Source of the DNA: Candidatus Eiseniibacteriota bacterium
GTDB taxonomy: Bacteria; Eisenbacteria; RBG-16-71-46
Assembly: GCA_031370785.1 (NCBI GenBank)
Contig: JANMQY010000029.1
Coordinates: 1-52,409, forward strand
Direction: 5' to 3'
Length of the DNA: 52,409 bases
Shown here: positions 17,910 to 27,283 of the stretch, in pieces
Layout of the letters: each line of letters opens with the position of its first letter
How positions within the stretch are numbered: the first letter of the stretch is position 1
Program-made: the position numbers and the translations under genes
Notes under the pieces: generated by a model
Told to the model about the DNA's origin: nothing
Seen by the model: only the letters and a program-made list of their open reading frames with translations
Databases searched by the model: none

Positions 17910-19651
17910 CGCAACCTCACGATGCGCTGGATCTTTTCCGATCCGGGCAGCTGAACCCGGACCAAGTACACGCCGGGGGCCACGCGTTCGCCCCGGGCGT
18001 TCCATCCGTCCCACGTCAGCCGATGAACGCCAGCGGCGAAGTTCCGCGACGCCAGCGTCGCGATGCGGCGCCCGGTGACGTCGAGGACCTCGGCCCGTAC
18101 GTAGACCGGAGCCACCAGCGTCAGCTGGATCTCGGAGATCCCCCGGGAGGGGTTGGGCCTCGCGGAGCTGATCTGCGTGCCGGAGGCCCGCGGACCTTCC
18201 ACCGCCGTGGTCCCGGTCGCTCCGGTCTGCTGCGCGAAGATCGCGGCGGTGGCCACGCCACCCGACCGCAGATCCTGCCATGTCATCACCGTGCTGCCTA
18301 TGCGGTTCGTCGCCAACACCGGGAACTGCTGCGTGTTTGGCGCCAGGCAGACGCCCAGGCCGTCCAGATCCCAGGCCGGGTTCAGGACTCCCAGTGCGTT
18401 CACCTGGTGCAAGAAGATGTCGTTGGTCGAGCCGTTGCGGCTGTCGTACCAGGTGATGAAGGCGCCGCCCGCGCCGTCCGCGGCGACCTGCGGGGCGAAC
18501 TGGCCGTTGCTCGCGGAGCTGACCGGAATGCCATCGGCGACCCAGGCCGCGTTCCCGGCCGTCAGATGCTGTGCGTAGATGTGGTTCGTCGTTCCGGTGC
18601 GGTAGTCCTGCCACGCGACGAACAGGCCGGTCGCGCCGTCTGCCGCCACCACGGGGTAGTATTGCGAATATTGCGCCTGGCAGACCGGGCTCCCGTTCGC
18701 CGGCCAACCGGTCGCGAGGGCGCCCCCGGCGCTCAGGTGCTGGGCGAAGATGTGGTTGTCGGTGCCGGATCGGAAATCCTGCCAGGCAACGAACACGCCA
18801 CCCGTGCCATCGCCCGCGAGCACCGGGTAGAACTGGGAGTTGGTGGCCAAGCACACCCCGAGACCGTCGGTGGTCCAGCTCGGGTTCGGGAAGACCGTTC
18901 CATTCGCGGCGAGATGCTGCACGTAGATGTCGTACTCGCTGCCCTTGCGATAGTCCTGCCAGGCGATGAAGGCCCCGCCGACTCCGTCCGGGATGATCGT
19001 GGGATTGATCTGGTTGTTGGTGGCGACGCACACCGGGACTCCTGCCGGCGCCCACAACAGGTTTCCGTCGCCGTCCACACGCTGGGCGTAGATGTCGTAG
19101 TTCCCCGCCCCGTGGCGGCCGTCCTGCCACACGATGATGGCGCCGCCGGCCCCGTCGGAAACCGCCATCGGCGAGTATTGGTTCCCGGTCGCGCCCGAAA
19201 TGGGAATCCCGTCCGCGATCCAGTTCGACGACGCAGTCGACACGATCTGTCCCGAGCCGTTGATGTGCTGTCCGTAGATGTCGTAGTTGGATCCGTTGCG
19301 GGCGTCCTGCCAGAAGACGAGCACGCCGCCCGCGGGGTCAGGGACCAGGACCGGCTGCTCCTGCAGGCCGGTGGCTCCGCACACCACCAGCGGCGTCGTG
19401 GTCGGCCAGCCCTGGGCTGTCGAGCCATCCGCCAGGAGGCGGCGCGCGAAGATATCCGAACCGGCTCCTCCGAACCACGCGACGATGGAGCCGGACAAGC
19501 CGTCGCAAGTGATCGACGGCTTGTAGTTGGACGAATTCGGCGACAGCGCTACGCCATCGGAGACCCAGGCCGAATGTGCCACGCGGGCGATCACCGCCGA
19601 CACGCCAATGCACAGCCAGACCAGAAGAAAGAAAGTTCTCTGCCGTTGCAT
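17906..19651 (-). CDS. Secreted repeat (beta-propeller-like) protein with FlgD/T9SS-like CTD
   Basis: Start MQRQRTFFLLVW (GGAGG RBS); ~8 repeats W..DG..VC.A...Q..P....DG.GG....WQD.R.G...DIYAQH; CTD PNP...DVTGRRIATL...WDG...GVYLVRV. Confidence 0.88.
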   Translation of the reverse strand: MQRQRTFFLLVWLCIGVSAVIARVAHSAWVSDGVALSPNSSNYKPSITCDGLSGSIVAWFGGAGSDIFARRLLADGSTAQGWPTTTPLVVCGATGLQEQPVLVPDPAGGVLVFWQDARNGSNYDIYGQHINGSGQIVSTASSNWIADGIPISGATGNQYSPMAVSDGAGGAIIVWQDGRHGAGNYDIYAQRVDGDGNLLWAPAGVPVCVATNNQINPTIIPDGVGGAFIAWQDYRKGSEYDIYVQHLAANGTVFPNPSWTTDGLGVCLATNSQFYPVLAGDGTGGVFVAWQDFRSGTDNHIFAQHLSAGGALATGWPANGSPVCQAQYSQYYPVVAADGATGLFVAWQDYRTGTTNHIYAQHLTAGNAAWVADGIPVSSASNGQFAPQVAADGAGGAFITWYDSRNGSTNDIFLHQVNALGVLNPAWDLDGLGVCLAPNTQQFPVLATNRIGSTVMTWQDLRSGGVATAAIFAQQTGATGTTAVEGPRASGTQISSARPNPSRGISEIQLTLVAPVYVRAEVLDVTGRRIATLASRNFAAGVHRLTWDGWNARGERVAPGVYLVRVQLPGSEKIQRIVRLR

Positions 19652-19804
19652 GTAGCCCTCCATGAAGCCGGGTTGAGCATCGGCGCGCAACGAATCCAAG
19701 GACTCGGCCTCTGACTGCCGGATCGGGTCGGGCTGCCATCGAGACTCGAACTCGACGGATGAATGCCGCGGCAACGAAGAAAACCCGCACCATCCGCCGA
19801 AACG

Positions 19805-20593
19805 CTATCGGTACAGACTCTTGAGAATGCCCCAGGTCAAGGAACGCGTTTTCAGCACGCCACCTGCGTGGCAGATGTTGACCACGCCGATGCCGCTCGG
19901 GTCCGAACTCTGGATCAGGATGCCGGAGATGCTCTGCGAATCGTCGGACGTCCCGAAGCCGTATCCGAGATCGGCCAGTCCCGAGACGACGACGTTGTCG
20001 ATGAGCGAACCGTCCCCGCGATAGAAGCTCAGCGTCGCCGACCCGCCGTTCCCGCCCACGATCTGCAAGCTCACGCGCGACTGCGCGGTGGGGAAGGACA
20101 TGGCGATCGAGCCCTCGCCGATCGCATCGAGGTCCGGATATCCCAGATGCCCGAGCCCGGTCAGCACATTCGCGGTGTAGGCGAACACGTCGAGGTTTTG
20201 TCCGGGAGCTCCCACCTGAAGAATGAGTGGATTGACGGGAGTTCCCGAAACCACATCGAAGTCGCCGCCGTAGCTCACTCCCTGGCCCAGGAAGCGCTCG
20301 GCGAACTCCATGCCTCCCGACCAGAGGAGACCGTCGAAATTCGTGCCCGGAGTCTCTCCACCCGGGACGTCGCTGAACGTGACGATCTGGTCGCAGGGCA
20401 CCGAGCTCGGGTCGACGACCAGGATCAGGCCGTTGAGGGGGGTGGCGCTGCTGGTGGTCGGGTTGGGGGCTGCAGTGCCCGGACCCAGGAGTGGAAGGCG
20501 GTCCGCGTGGGCCGTTCCCGAAAGTGAGAAGGTCAGTGCCGAAACCGCGGCAAGAGAAGTCAGGGTCCGGAAGGCGCTTTGAGCGAGGTGCAT
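19805..20593 (-). CDS. Secreted protein with C-terminal TWGxxKxxYR motif
   Basis: Signal peptide ending TAHA; acidic Gly-rich beta-domain; ends TRSLTWGILKSLYR. Confidence 0.8.
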   Translation of the reverse strand: MHLAQSAFRTLTSLAAVSALTFSLSGTAHADRLPLLGPGTAAPNPTTSSATPLNGLILVVDPSSVPCDQIVTFSDVPGGETPGTNFDGLLWSGGMEFAERFLGQGVSYGGDFDVVSGTPVNPLILQVGAPGQNLDVFAYTANVLTGLGHLGYPDLDAIGEGSIAMSFPTAQSRVSLQIVGGNGGSATLSFYRGDGSLIDNVVVSGLADLGYGFGTSDDSQSISGILIQSSDPSGIGVVNICHAGGVLKTRSLTWGILKSLYR

Positions 20594-20962
20594 GGTCGGT
20601 ACCGGGATCCAGTCGCCTCCAAACGCACGGACGTGCGCGTTCGGCGGGGTCAAAGACGCGTGGATGAAGGGATTTGGACCAGGATCAGCGGATCCCGGTC
20701 CCAAGAGGGTAAGAGGGTAGCAGCCTCACTGATCGCGACTCAAGCATTCTCGTACGCAGGGCATCGTGTGAGCGTCGATTTGTGGGGGCGGCAGAAACGG
20801 CGTGACGGGATGCCCCGCGGTTGCCGGGTGCCGAATGAGCCATTGCCGCCGAACGGGCGTATCCCGGCGAATCGCGTCCGTGTCGAGCAGAGACGAGGCG
20901 AGGCGCGCGTGCTCGTTGCGCTTCACCCCGATTCGTTACACCTCACCACGACTTGTCGGAGC

Positions 20963-21070
20963 GACTTTTGATCAGTAGGTTCCTGGTTCGATTCCAAGGC
21001 GGCGCACCATCTCCAGCATGCACAGCTCCCGGCCCACGCCGCTGATCCAGGACGCGGGCCGGGCCATTTG
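20963..21070 (+). repeat. Degenerate copy of tRNA-Lys 3' half plus terminator (attR-like)
   Basis: GACTTTTGATCAGTAGGTTCCTGGTTCGATTCCAAGGCGGCGCACCA matches 6269-6315 at 44/47; downstream CTCC.GCATGCA..GC.CCCGGCCC.CGCCG.CTGATCCAGG.CGCGGGCCGG also aligns; no 5' acceptor or D-arm. Confidence 0.9.
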
Positions 21071-21099
21071 TTGGGAATCGCACCTGCGGAGGAAGGCGC

Positions 21100-21735
21100 G
21101 TGGTGACGGTCGATTCCCTCACCCGGGGCAAACCGCTGCCACTCTCCCGACGCGATCTGCGCAGCCCCCAATGGTTCACGTACCTGCCCGAGACGCGCAC
21201 GGTGTATTTCGGGTTCAATTCGGTCGTGAACGGCCCGCGCGAATCGCTCGCAGGATTCGCTACGCGACTCCTGCGGTTCGTGGATTCGACCCGAGCGGAA
21301 CGCTTGATCGTCGACCTGCGCGCGAACAACGGCGGCAACTCGCGCCTGCTCCTGCCTCTCACGGACGGGATCGCCGCATCCAGGGTCAATCGGCCCGGCG
21401 GCCTTTACGTGCTCATCGGCCCGTACACGTACTCGGCCGCGATGAATGCCGCCACGTTGCTTGAGCTCCACACCCAGGCCACGTTCGTTGGCGAGCCGAC
21501 CCCCTCGTCCCCCAATCTTGTCGGGGAGTCGAACAACTTCTACCTGCCCAATTCGCGGTTGACGCTCAGCGTCTCGGATATCTACTGGCAGACTTCGTGG
21601 CCCTTTGACCAGCCCAAGTGGATCGCGCCCTCAATGTATGTGCCGCCCACCCTCGCCATGCGGCGGGAACGTCGGGATGCGGCGCTGGAAGCGATACTGG
21701 CTGCGCCGCTGCCCTCGCTCGCCAGGGCGCCGTAG
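21100..21735 (+). pseudogene. Probably N-terminally truncated S41-like peptidase
   Basis: LIVDLRANNGG, TYSAA, FVGEPT motifs; no signal peptide or N-terminal domain; in-frame TGA at 21043-21045 inside the att-like copy. A GGAGG precedes the GTG, so it may still be translated. Confidence 0.6.
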
Positions 21736-21747
21736 CCGGCTCCAGAC

Positions 21748-22956
21748 CTACCGCTTCGTCCAGCCGAGCGCGATCTGGGCGAGGAGCCCGAGCGCCGCGA
21801 TCCACAGCGTGAGGCGCGCCTGCCACGGCACCGAGCGGGCGGGCGCGGGCGTCGAGTGGTGCACGCCGAGCGCCTCGCGGGCCTGACGCATCACCGCCGC
21901 GAACGCCGCGAGCCACGCGAGCAGCAGCGCGAGCAGCAGCGCGAGATGGCCTGAGGTCGCGAGCGCGCGCGCCACGCGCAGCCACAGCCAGGCGCCCGGG
22001 GTTCCCGGCACTCCGGCCAGAGATGCGGTGGCGAGCCAGCCGGCGAGCCCGGTCCACGGATGGCGGCGGAACAGGGCACCGCCACGATCGGCGGGCCCGG
22101 CCGCGACCGGAAGGAAGCGCGCCAGCACGCTGGCACCGGTGATCGCGAGCGCCTGATGCGCGGCCCACGCGGCGAACCAGTCGGGCTCGCCCGCGCGCCT
22201 TCCGACCAGCAACAGCGCGAGCGCGAGCCCGCCGTGCAGGCTCACCAGCGTTCCGACCCGGCGCTCGGGTCGGCGCTGCACCATCAGCGTCGCCGCGCCG
22301 ACCACGAGCGCGGTCGCCGCGCCCACGCCGAGCAGCCCGCTGCAGATCGCGTTGGCGGCAGGGAGCACCTCGATCCCCTCGAGGCGATGCGCGATCCACG
22401 CCGCGCCGGTCACCTGCAGCGCCGCGACCGCGAGCGGCGCGGCCCACGGGCGCGCGCCCTGCAGCACGTCGGCGGTCCAGAAATTAAATGGGGCGCCGCC
22501 GAGCATCACCATGCCGGCGAGCAGCGAGAGCGGCAGCGCGACGCTCCACAGGTAGGGCGCATCGATCGCGATCGCGAGTACTCCCCACTGCTCGAGCACG
22601 CGCGGGGTGCCGGTGACGAGGATCAGCAGCTCTTCCCCGGCGCCCGAGAGGACGAGCGAAGCGCTCATCACCCACAGCAGCTTGATCGCGCACTCGTTCT
22701 GCAGCAGCTCATCCCGATCGCGCGCGAGGATCGCGATCACGAGCGCGACCAGCAGCGCGACGGTGGTGTGGGCGAACGGCACTCGCCCGGCGACCGCCGC
22801 GGCGAGCGGCACCAGCACCACCAGCGGGCCAAGGGCGTAGAGCGGACCGTGACCGCGCCGATCCACGGTGAGCAGCAGGCCCGAGCAGAGCAGCGCGCCG
22901 AGCGCGGCGAGCGGAGCCGGCTCGAGCATTGCCATGAGCGTGGGCGGCAGGCTCAT
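21748..22956 (-). CDS. Degenerate NuoN/MrpD-like membrane subunit
   Basis: ECAIKLL (cf. EAALKY), LGGAPFNFWTADVLQGA (cf. KLG.VPFHFW.PDVY.GA), ASLAGVPGTPG; very hydrophobic. Confidence 0.75.
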   Translation of the reverse strand: MSLPPTLMAMLEPAPLAALGALLCSGLLLTVDRRGHGPLYALGPLVVLVPLAAAVAGRVPFAHTTVALLVALVIAILARDRDELLQNECAIKLLWVMSASLVLSGAGEELLILVTGTPRVLEQWGVLAIAIDAPYLWSVALPLSLLAGMVMLGGAPFNFWTADVLQGARPWAAPLAVAALQVTGAAWIAHRLEGIEVLPAANAICSGLLGVGAATALVVGAATLMVQRRPERRVGTLVSLHGGLALALLLVGRRAGEPDWFAAWAAHQALAITGASVLARFLPVAAGPADRGGALFRRHPWTGLAGWLATASLAGVPGTPGAWLWLRVARALATSGHLALLLALLLAWLAAFAAVMRQAREALGVHHSTPAPARSVPWQARLTLWIAALGLLAQIALGWTKR

Positions 22957-22997
22957 GCCGCCTCCGGCGCTGTGGGATGAGAGGCGCGCGCGCTCAT
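22953..22997 (-). other. 14-codon mini-ORF (MSARASHPTAPEAA) with ATGA overlaps at both ends
   Basis: ATG 22997 overlaps the TGA of the NuoL-like gene; its own TGA (22955-22953) overlaps ATG 22956 of the NuoN-like gene. Confidence 0.45.
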
Positions 22998-24334
22998 CGC
23001 AGGAACGGGAGCACCAGCGCCAGCACGCTCAAGCCCACCAGGAACAGCAGGTATTCCTGCGCGTCGCCGGTGTGCACGTCGCGCAGCGGCGCGACCAGCG
23101 CGGCGCCGACCCGCGCCAGGCCCTCGACCGCACGCCGCTCGAGCGCGGTCACCAGGCGGAAGGTGCCGCGCGCGCTGCGGCGCGCCGTCGCGCCGATTCC
23201 GGCCGCGACCGCGCCGGCGCGCGGAGCAGGGAGCAGCAATGCGGTCAACCCGCCGGCGAGCGCGGGCGCGAGCGCGATCACCGAACCGGGCCACGAGGCT
23301 TCGAATCCGGTCCACCACCCCAGGAGCAGCGCGAGCGGCCCGAGGAAGAGCGTGATCAGCGCGCTCACGTGGCTGAGGCTCATCGCCGCGTCGCGACGCA
23401 TGACCTGGCGGCGCTCGGGCGCGCGGACGATGCGCCGCACGCTGACCCAAGCGATGAGCACCACCGGGATCGCGATCAGCCCGAAGCGGAGCGCGTGCGG
23501 CCCGGTGCCCCGCCCGAATCCCGCCGCGATCAAGAGCGGCCACGAGAGCGCGGCCGAGCCGGTCCACGCCGCCGCCCGCCACAGGCGGGGCAGCGTGGCT
23601 CCGCGCCGCGAGGTCGCGCCGCGCAGCTCGCCGGCCAGCATGTAGGTGCGACCGCCGCACGCGCCGAGCCACAGCAGCAGGCTTACCTGCGGGCCCACCA
23701 CCCCGCTCGCCACCAGCAGCGCGGCGAGCGCGCTGTCGGAGACGGTGAGCCAGCGCAGTGCCGCGGCCCACTGGCGCCGCCCGTACGCGCGCAACGCGGC
23801 GAGCGCGGCCGTGATCACCAGCAGGAACTCGGTGATGCCGCGCACTTCCGGCACCGGCACCCACGCGTCGGCGTGGCGCCACAGCACGGCAAAGCCTGCG
23901 GCGGGCAGGAGCGTGGGTAGCCAGGGGCGCACCGCGAGCAGCGGGCCCGAGAGATCCGAGTAGGGCCGTGCCAGCGGCAGGGCGGCGAGCAGCTCGAGGC
24001 CGGCCCACACCACGCCGAGCGCCTCGAGGCGCGGCAGCAGCCACGACGCGCCGATGTGCCCGAGGCCGGGCCAGGCCGGCACCGCGGGCCGCATCGCGGC
24101 GACCGCCGCGGCCAGCCACATCCCCTGCGCCGGACGGCGCAGCCACGCCCAGCGATTCACCTGCTCGATCGCGTCATCGGCCGAGCGCGCCCAGCACCAG
24201 AAGGCCATCGCCACGAATTCGAGCCCGAGCGCGCCGGACACCAGGCTCGGGCCGGTGAGCAGAGCCAGACCCATAGCGCACAGCAGCGCACCCTGCACGC
24301 GCGCGTCGAACCGGTTGCGGAGGCGCTGGAACAC
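22994..24334 (-). CDS. Degenerate NuoL/MrpA-like membrane protein
   Basis: Multi-TM; LGLEF; PYSDLSGP (cf. WLPDAM.GP); amphipathic helix then RDVHTGDAQEYLLF (cf. NuoL QTG....Y). Confidence 0.65.
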   Translation of the reverse strand: MFQRLRNRFDARVQGALLCAMGLALLTGPSLVSGALGLEFVAMAFWCWARSADDAIEQVNRWAWLRRPAQGMWLAAAVAAMRPAVPAWPGLGHIGASWLLPRLEALGVVWAGLELLAALPLARPYSDLSGPLLAVRPWLPTLLPAAGFAVLWRHADAWVPVPEVRGITEFLLVITAALAALRAYGRRQWAAALRWLTVSDSALAALLVASGVVGPQVSLLLWLGACGGRTYMLAGELRGATSRRGATLPRLWRAAAWTGSAALSWPLLIAAGFGRGTGPHALRFGLIAIPVVLIAWVSVRRIVRAPERRQVMRRDAAMSLSHVSALITLFLGPLALLLGWWTGFEASWPGSVIALAPALAGGLTALLLPAPRAGAVAAGIGATARRSARGTFRLVTALERRAVEGLARVGAALVAPLRDVHTGDAQEYLLFLVGLSVLALVLPFLR

Positions 24335-24336
24335 GG

Positions 24337-24990
24337 TCAGTCGTGCAGGTCGTGGGCCTGGCTCACCCAGACCCCGCCGCCGGCCTGCGCGCGGGCCGTG
24401 GCGAGGCGCGCGGTGAGTGCCACCGCGAGCGCGGTGCCGAGCAGGATCCCGCCCGAGTCGGCGGTTTCCCCGGGCAGCGAGACGCTGCGCGCCGCCTGCC
24501 CGAGCAGCTGCAGGCCGAGCCCGAGCGCTGCGAATGCCACCATCGCGCGCAGCAGGTGCCGGCTCAGCATCAGGTGGAGCAGCCCGAGCGTCATGATCGC
24601 GATCGCGTAGGAGACGGTGCGGCTCTGTTCGGGCGACAGGTCCTGGCGCGCGATCGCGGCGGCGAGCAGCACGAACAGGGCGAGCCCGAGCATCAGGCCG
24701 ACCGCTCCCGACTCGAAGCCGCCCGGGCGGGCGGTCGGATCAGGCTCGGGGTCGGGATCGCCGGACCCGACCCTGGCCGCGATTGCGAGCCACAGCAGCA
24801 TCCAGCCCAGGCGCAGCGAAAGCTCGGCCATCTCGAAGGCCAGCGGCATGGAGATCCCGACCGCGAGCGCCGCCAGCGCAGCCACCCTGCGACCGGGCAG
24901 CAGGATGGCGACCGCCAGTGCCGCGAACGGCAGGAGGAGCCGGGCGAAATCGAGCGGGGCCAGCCGGCTCCAGGCGTCCAGAAAGTGCAC
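24337..24990 (-). CDS. Membrane protein, NuoJ/K- or HyfE/MrpC-like
   Basis: ~7 TM; C-terminal GLLHLMLSRHLLRAMVAF resembles NuoK/MrpC G..G...RRN.L; lies before L- and N-like genes. Confidence 0.55.
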   Translation of the reverse strand: MHFLDAWSRLAPLDFARLLLPFAALAVAILLPGRRVAALAALAVGISMPLAFEMAELSLRLGWMLLWLAIAARVGSGDPDPEPDPTARPGGFESGAVGLMLGLALFVLLAAAIARQDLSPEQSRTVSYAIAIMTLGLLHLMLSRHLLRAMVAFAALGLGLQLLGQAARSVSLPGETADSGGILLGTALAVALTARLATARAQAGGGVWVSQAHDLHD

Positions 24991-25065
24991 GCGTGGTCCT
25001 CCCTGAGGTGAGCTCGGGATGGCGCTCGAATCGAAGACCGCGCGCGGCGCGGCCCTCGCCGAGAT

Positions 25066-25533
25066 CTAGGGAATGTAGACGGCCTCTGCCGACTGCAGCG
25101 CCGCGAGGAAGCTCTCGGGAGTGCGGGCCTCGCGCAGCGTGCGACGCACCGTCTCTTCCTTGAAGAGGCGCGAGAAGTTGGCGAGTACCTTGACGTGCAA
25201 TGTGGTGGCGCTCTCGGGCGAGACGAACAGCACGAGCAGGTGGGCGGGCTGGTCGTCCTCCGACTCGAATTCGATGCCTTCGGGCGAGACGCCGATCGCC
25301 GCGGCCATGCGGTCGACCGAGCGCGCCTTGCCGTGCGGGATGGCGACCCCGTAACCGATGCCGGTGCTCATCATGGCCTCGCGGCGCATCACCCGGTCGA
25401 GGATCTCGCCCTGGCTGTGAAAGCCATGCGCCGCCTCGAGAAGCTGGACCATCTCGACCAGCGCCTCGCGCTTGGTCCGGGCCTCGAGATTGAGCGTGAT
25501 CGCAGCGGGTTTGAGCAGTTCGGACAGCCGCAT
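25066..25533 (-). CDS. PTS EIIA domain protein (PtsN/fructose-mannitol class)
   Basis: REAMMSTGIGYGVAIPHGK with phospho-His; GIEFESED; HVKVLA. Confidence 0.93.
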   Translation of the reverse strand: MRLSELLKPAAITLNLEARTKREALVEMVQLLEAAHGFHSQGEILDRVMRREAMMSTGIGYGVAIPHGKARSVDRMAAAIGVSPEGIEFESEDDQPAHLLVLFVSPESATTLHVKVLANFSRLFKEETVRRTLREARTPESFLAALQSAEAVYIP

Positions 25534-25578
25534 CGGGGTAACTCCGGGCAGCAGGAACACATCGGAGCAAGGTTCTGA

Positions 25579-25607
25579 AACCTATGGACGTGGGCGGGGG
25601 GTGTCAA
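25579..25607 (-). promoter_or_regulatory. Sigma70-type promoter of the PTS-EIIA/Nuo-like operon
   Basis: TTGACA-17 nt-TAGGTT on the minus strand. Confidence 0.65.
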
Positions 25608-25877
25608 GCGCTATTCCCCCTCCGACCGCGCCGGACGCCTCCCCGCGGTGCGCCTACCCTCTCGCGCGAGGTCGATCGTGCGAGTTGCCCGACCTGGCCC
25701 CGGCAGCCCGCTTCCACCGCGCGCGTCACACTACTCACACCATTGTCGCGCAAGGGTGTGATACAGTTTTCCGCGTCCGAATCTGTCGTAGGACCCACTC
25801 GAATCGCACCCCGCCGTTTCCCCCCCGTGGGACCTGAGGACAAAAAAGATGGGCCGCCCAGGGAGCAGGGAAGCCCC

Positions 25878-27215
25878 ATGAAACAGCAGAGCATCGATTT
25901 CCGTGAGCTGCTCGAGCGCCTGTTGCCGCTCGACGCACTGCCTCCGACAGATCGGCTGCGTGTTCATCGGGCTCTCTCCGCCGGCGTTACCGGCCAGATC
26001 GAGCACGCCGCTCTCCTCGCGCTGAATCAGCTCGAGCAGCTCGGCGAGGTGAAGCGCCTTCCGCTTCCCACCGGCGGGAGCGCCGACCGTGTGCGCTACC
26101 AGCGCCGCGATGGACTCGACGTGATCACCGTGCAGCTTCCCCAGCCGGTGCAACACGCCGGAGTCATGGTGTATCTGCGCGCGAGTCTTCCGACCCAGGC
26201 CAACGCTGGCCTCGATCAGGTGCGGAGCCTGCTGCGCCTCGACGATCCGGCGCTGCTCTCCGATCCGCGTCGCGGCGATGCGCGCAGCTCGCTGATCGCG
26301 CAGCTCCATCAGGCCGGCCGCGAATTCTTGGGAGCGAGCGAAGTCCGACTACTGATCGGTCCGGAGAACGACGGCCCGGCGGCCCTGCCGTTCGACCGCG
26401 GGCTGCTCGAGGAAGCACGCCTCCGGCCGGATGCGCTGCTCTATGGACCCGACCTGTCGAAGGCGGGATCGCTGGCTGATGAAGCGCGCCGCCGCGGCGT
26501 GCGCTCGCTGGTGCTGGTGGCGATCACAGCGCCCAATGGCTCGGCGATGGGCGCGCTCGAAGTGCTGAGCCGCGAGGTGGACCCGTTCAAGCCCGCGGAC
26601 CTGTCGATGGTCGTGCTGCTCGCCGACTACTGCGCGCTGGCGCTGGACCGGGCCGCGCGCATCGAAAAGCTGGTGTTCATCGACCCGCTCACTTCCGCCT
26701 ACAACCGCTCCTATTTCGACCTGCAGGTGACGAACGAGATGGCGCGCGCGCAGCGCGAGCAGACGTCGATGGCACTGTGCATCGCCGACATCGACGACTT
26801 CAAGACCTTCAACACCGCGTTTGGCTACGAGGCGGGCAACGAAGTCCTGGTGCAGGTGGCCAACGCGCTCAAGCGTGGGGTGCGGCCCTTCGACACCGTG
26901 GCGCGCTGGGGCGGCGAAGAGTTCGCGGTGCTGCTCACGGCGCCGGTGCAGGCCGAGGACGTGACCACGGTGTGCGAGCGTCTGCGCGCGCTGGTCGAGC
27001 ACATGCCGGTGCGCATCGAGGGGCTTGACCGGCGCGCCCACCGGCTGGGCGTCACCGTGAGCCTCGGCGTGGCGATGTTCCCGGATCACGCCGAGACCCC
27101 CGCCGACCTGTGGCGCGCGGCGAATCAGGCGCTGCTCAAGGCCAAGCGTCCGCCCAAGAATCGGGTGGTGTTCTTCGAGCCCGCCGCCGACACGCGTCTC
27201 GGCAGCGCGAGCTGA
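25878..27215 (+). CDS. GAF-sensor diguanylate cyclase
   Basis: Start MKQQSIDF; GAF-like region; DPLTSAYNR, DIDDFKTFN, RPFD I-site, ARWGGEEF, TVSLGVA. Confidence 0.9.
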   Translation: MKQQSIDFRELLERLLPLDALPPTDRLRVHRALSAGVTGQIEHAALLALNQLEQLGEVKRLPLPTGGSADRVRYQRRDGLDVITVQLPQPVQHAGVMVYLRASLPTQANAGLDQVRSLLRLDDPALLSDPRRGDARSSLIAQLHQAGREFLGASEVRLLIGPENDGPAALPFDRGLLEEARLRPDALLYGPDLSKAGSLADEARRRGVRSLVLVAITAPNGSAMGALEVLSREVDPFKPADLSMVVLLADYCALALDRAARIEKLVFIDPLTSAYNRSYFDLQVTNEMARAQREQTSMALCIADIDDFKTFNTAFGYEAGNEVLVQVANALKRGVRPFDTVARWGGEEFAVLLTAPVQAEDVTTVCERLRALVEHMPVRIEGLDRRAHRLGVTVSLGVAMFPDHAETPADLWRAANQALLKAKRPPKNRVVFFEPAADTRLGSAS

Positions 27216-27231
27216 AGCGATCCTTGAGACA

Positions 27232-27266
27232 CGAACGGCCCGGCGAAAAACCCGCCGGGCCGTTCG
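27232..27266. terminator. Hairpin between convergent genes
   Basis: 14-bp perfect stem CGAACGGCCCGGCG/CGCCGGGCCGTTCG with 7-nt loop. Confidence 0.7.
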
Positions 27267-27283
27267 AATGAGGCTTCGAGGCT

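Noticed and set aside
17910..19130. N-terminal ~400 aa of the 1400-aa ORF, and similar extensions of hisS, the PorV fusion, GGDEF, aceE and GNAT
   Set aside because: They overlap genuine upstream genes or intergenic DNA; internal starts with RBS, signal peptide or coupled overlap fit better.
20740..20760. Sigma54 promoter for the island operon (minus strand CGTACGAGAATGCT)
   Set aside because: Lacks the invariant -24 GG.
20935..21009. A second functional tRNA-Lys
   Set aside because: No 5' acceptor strand or D-arm, and the 5' side of the anticodon stem is broken; treated as an att-like repeat.
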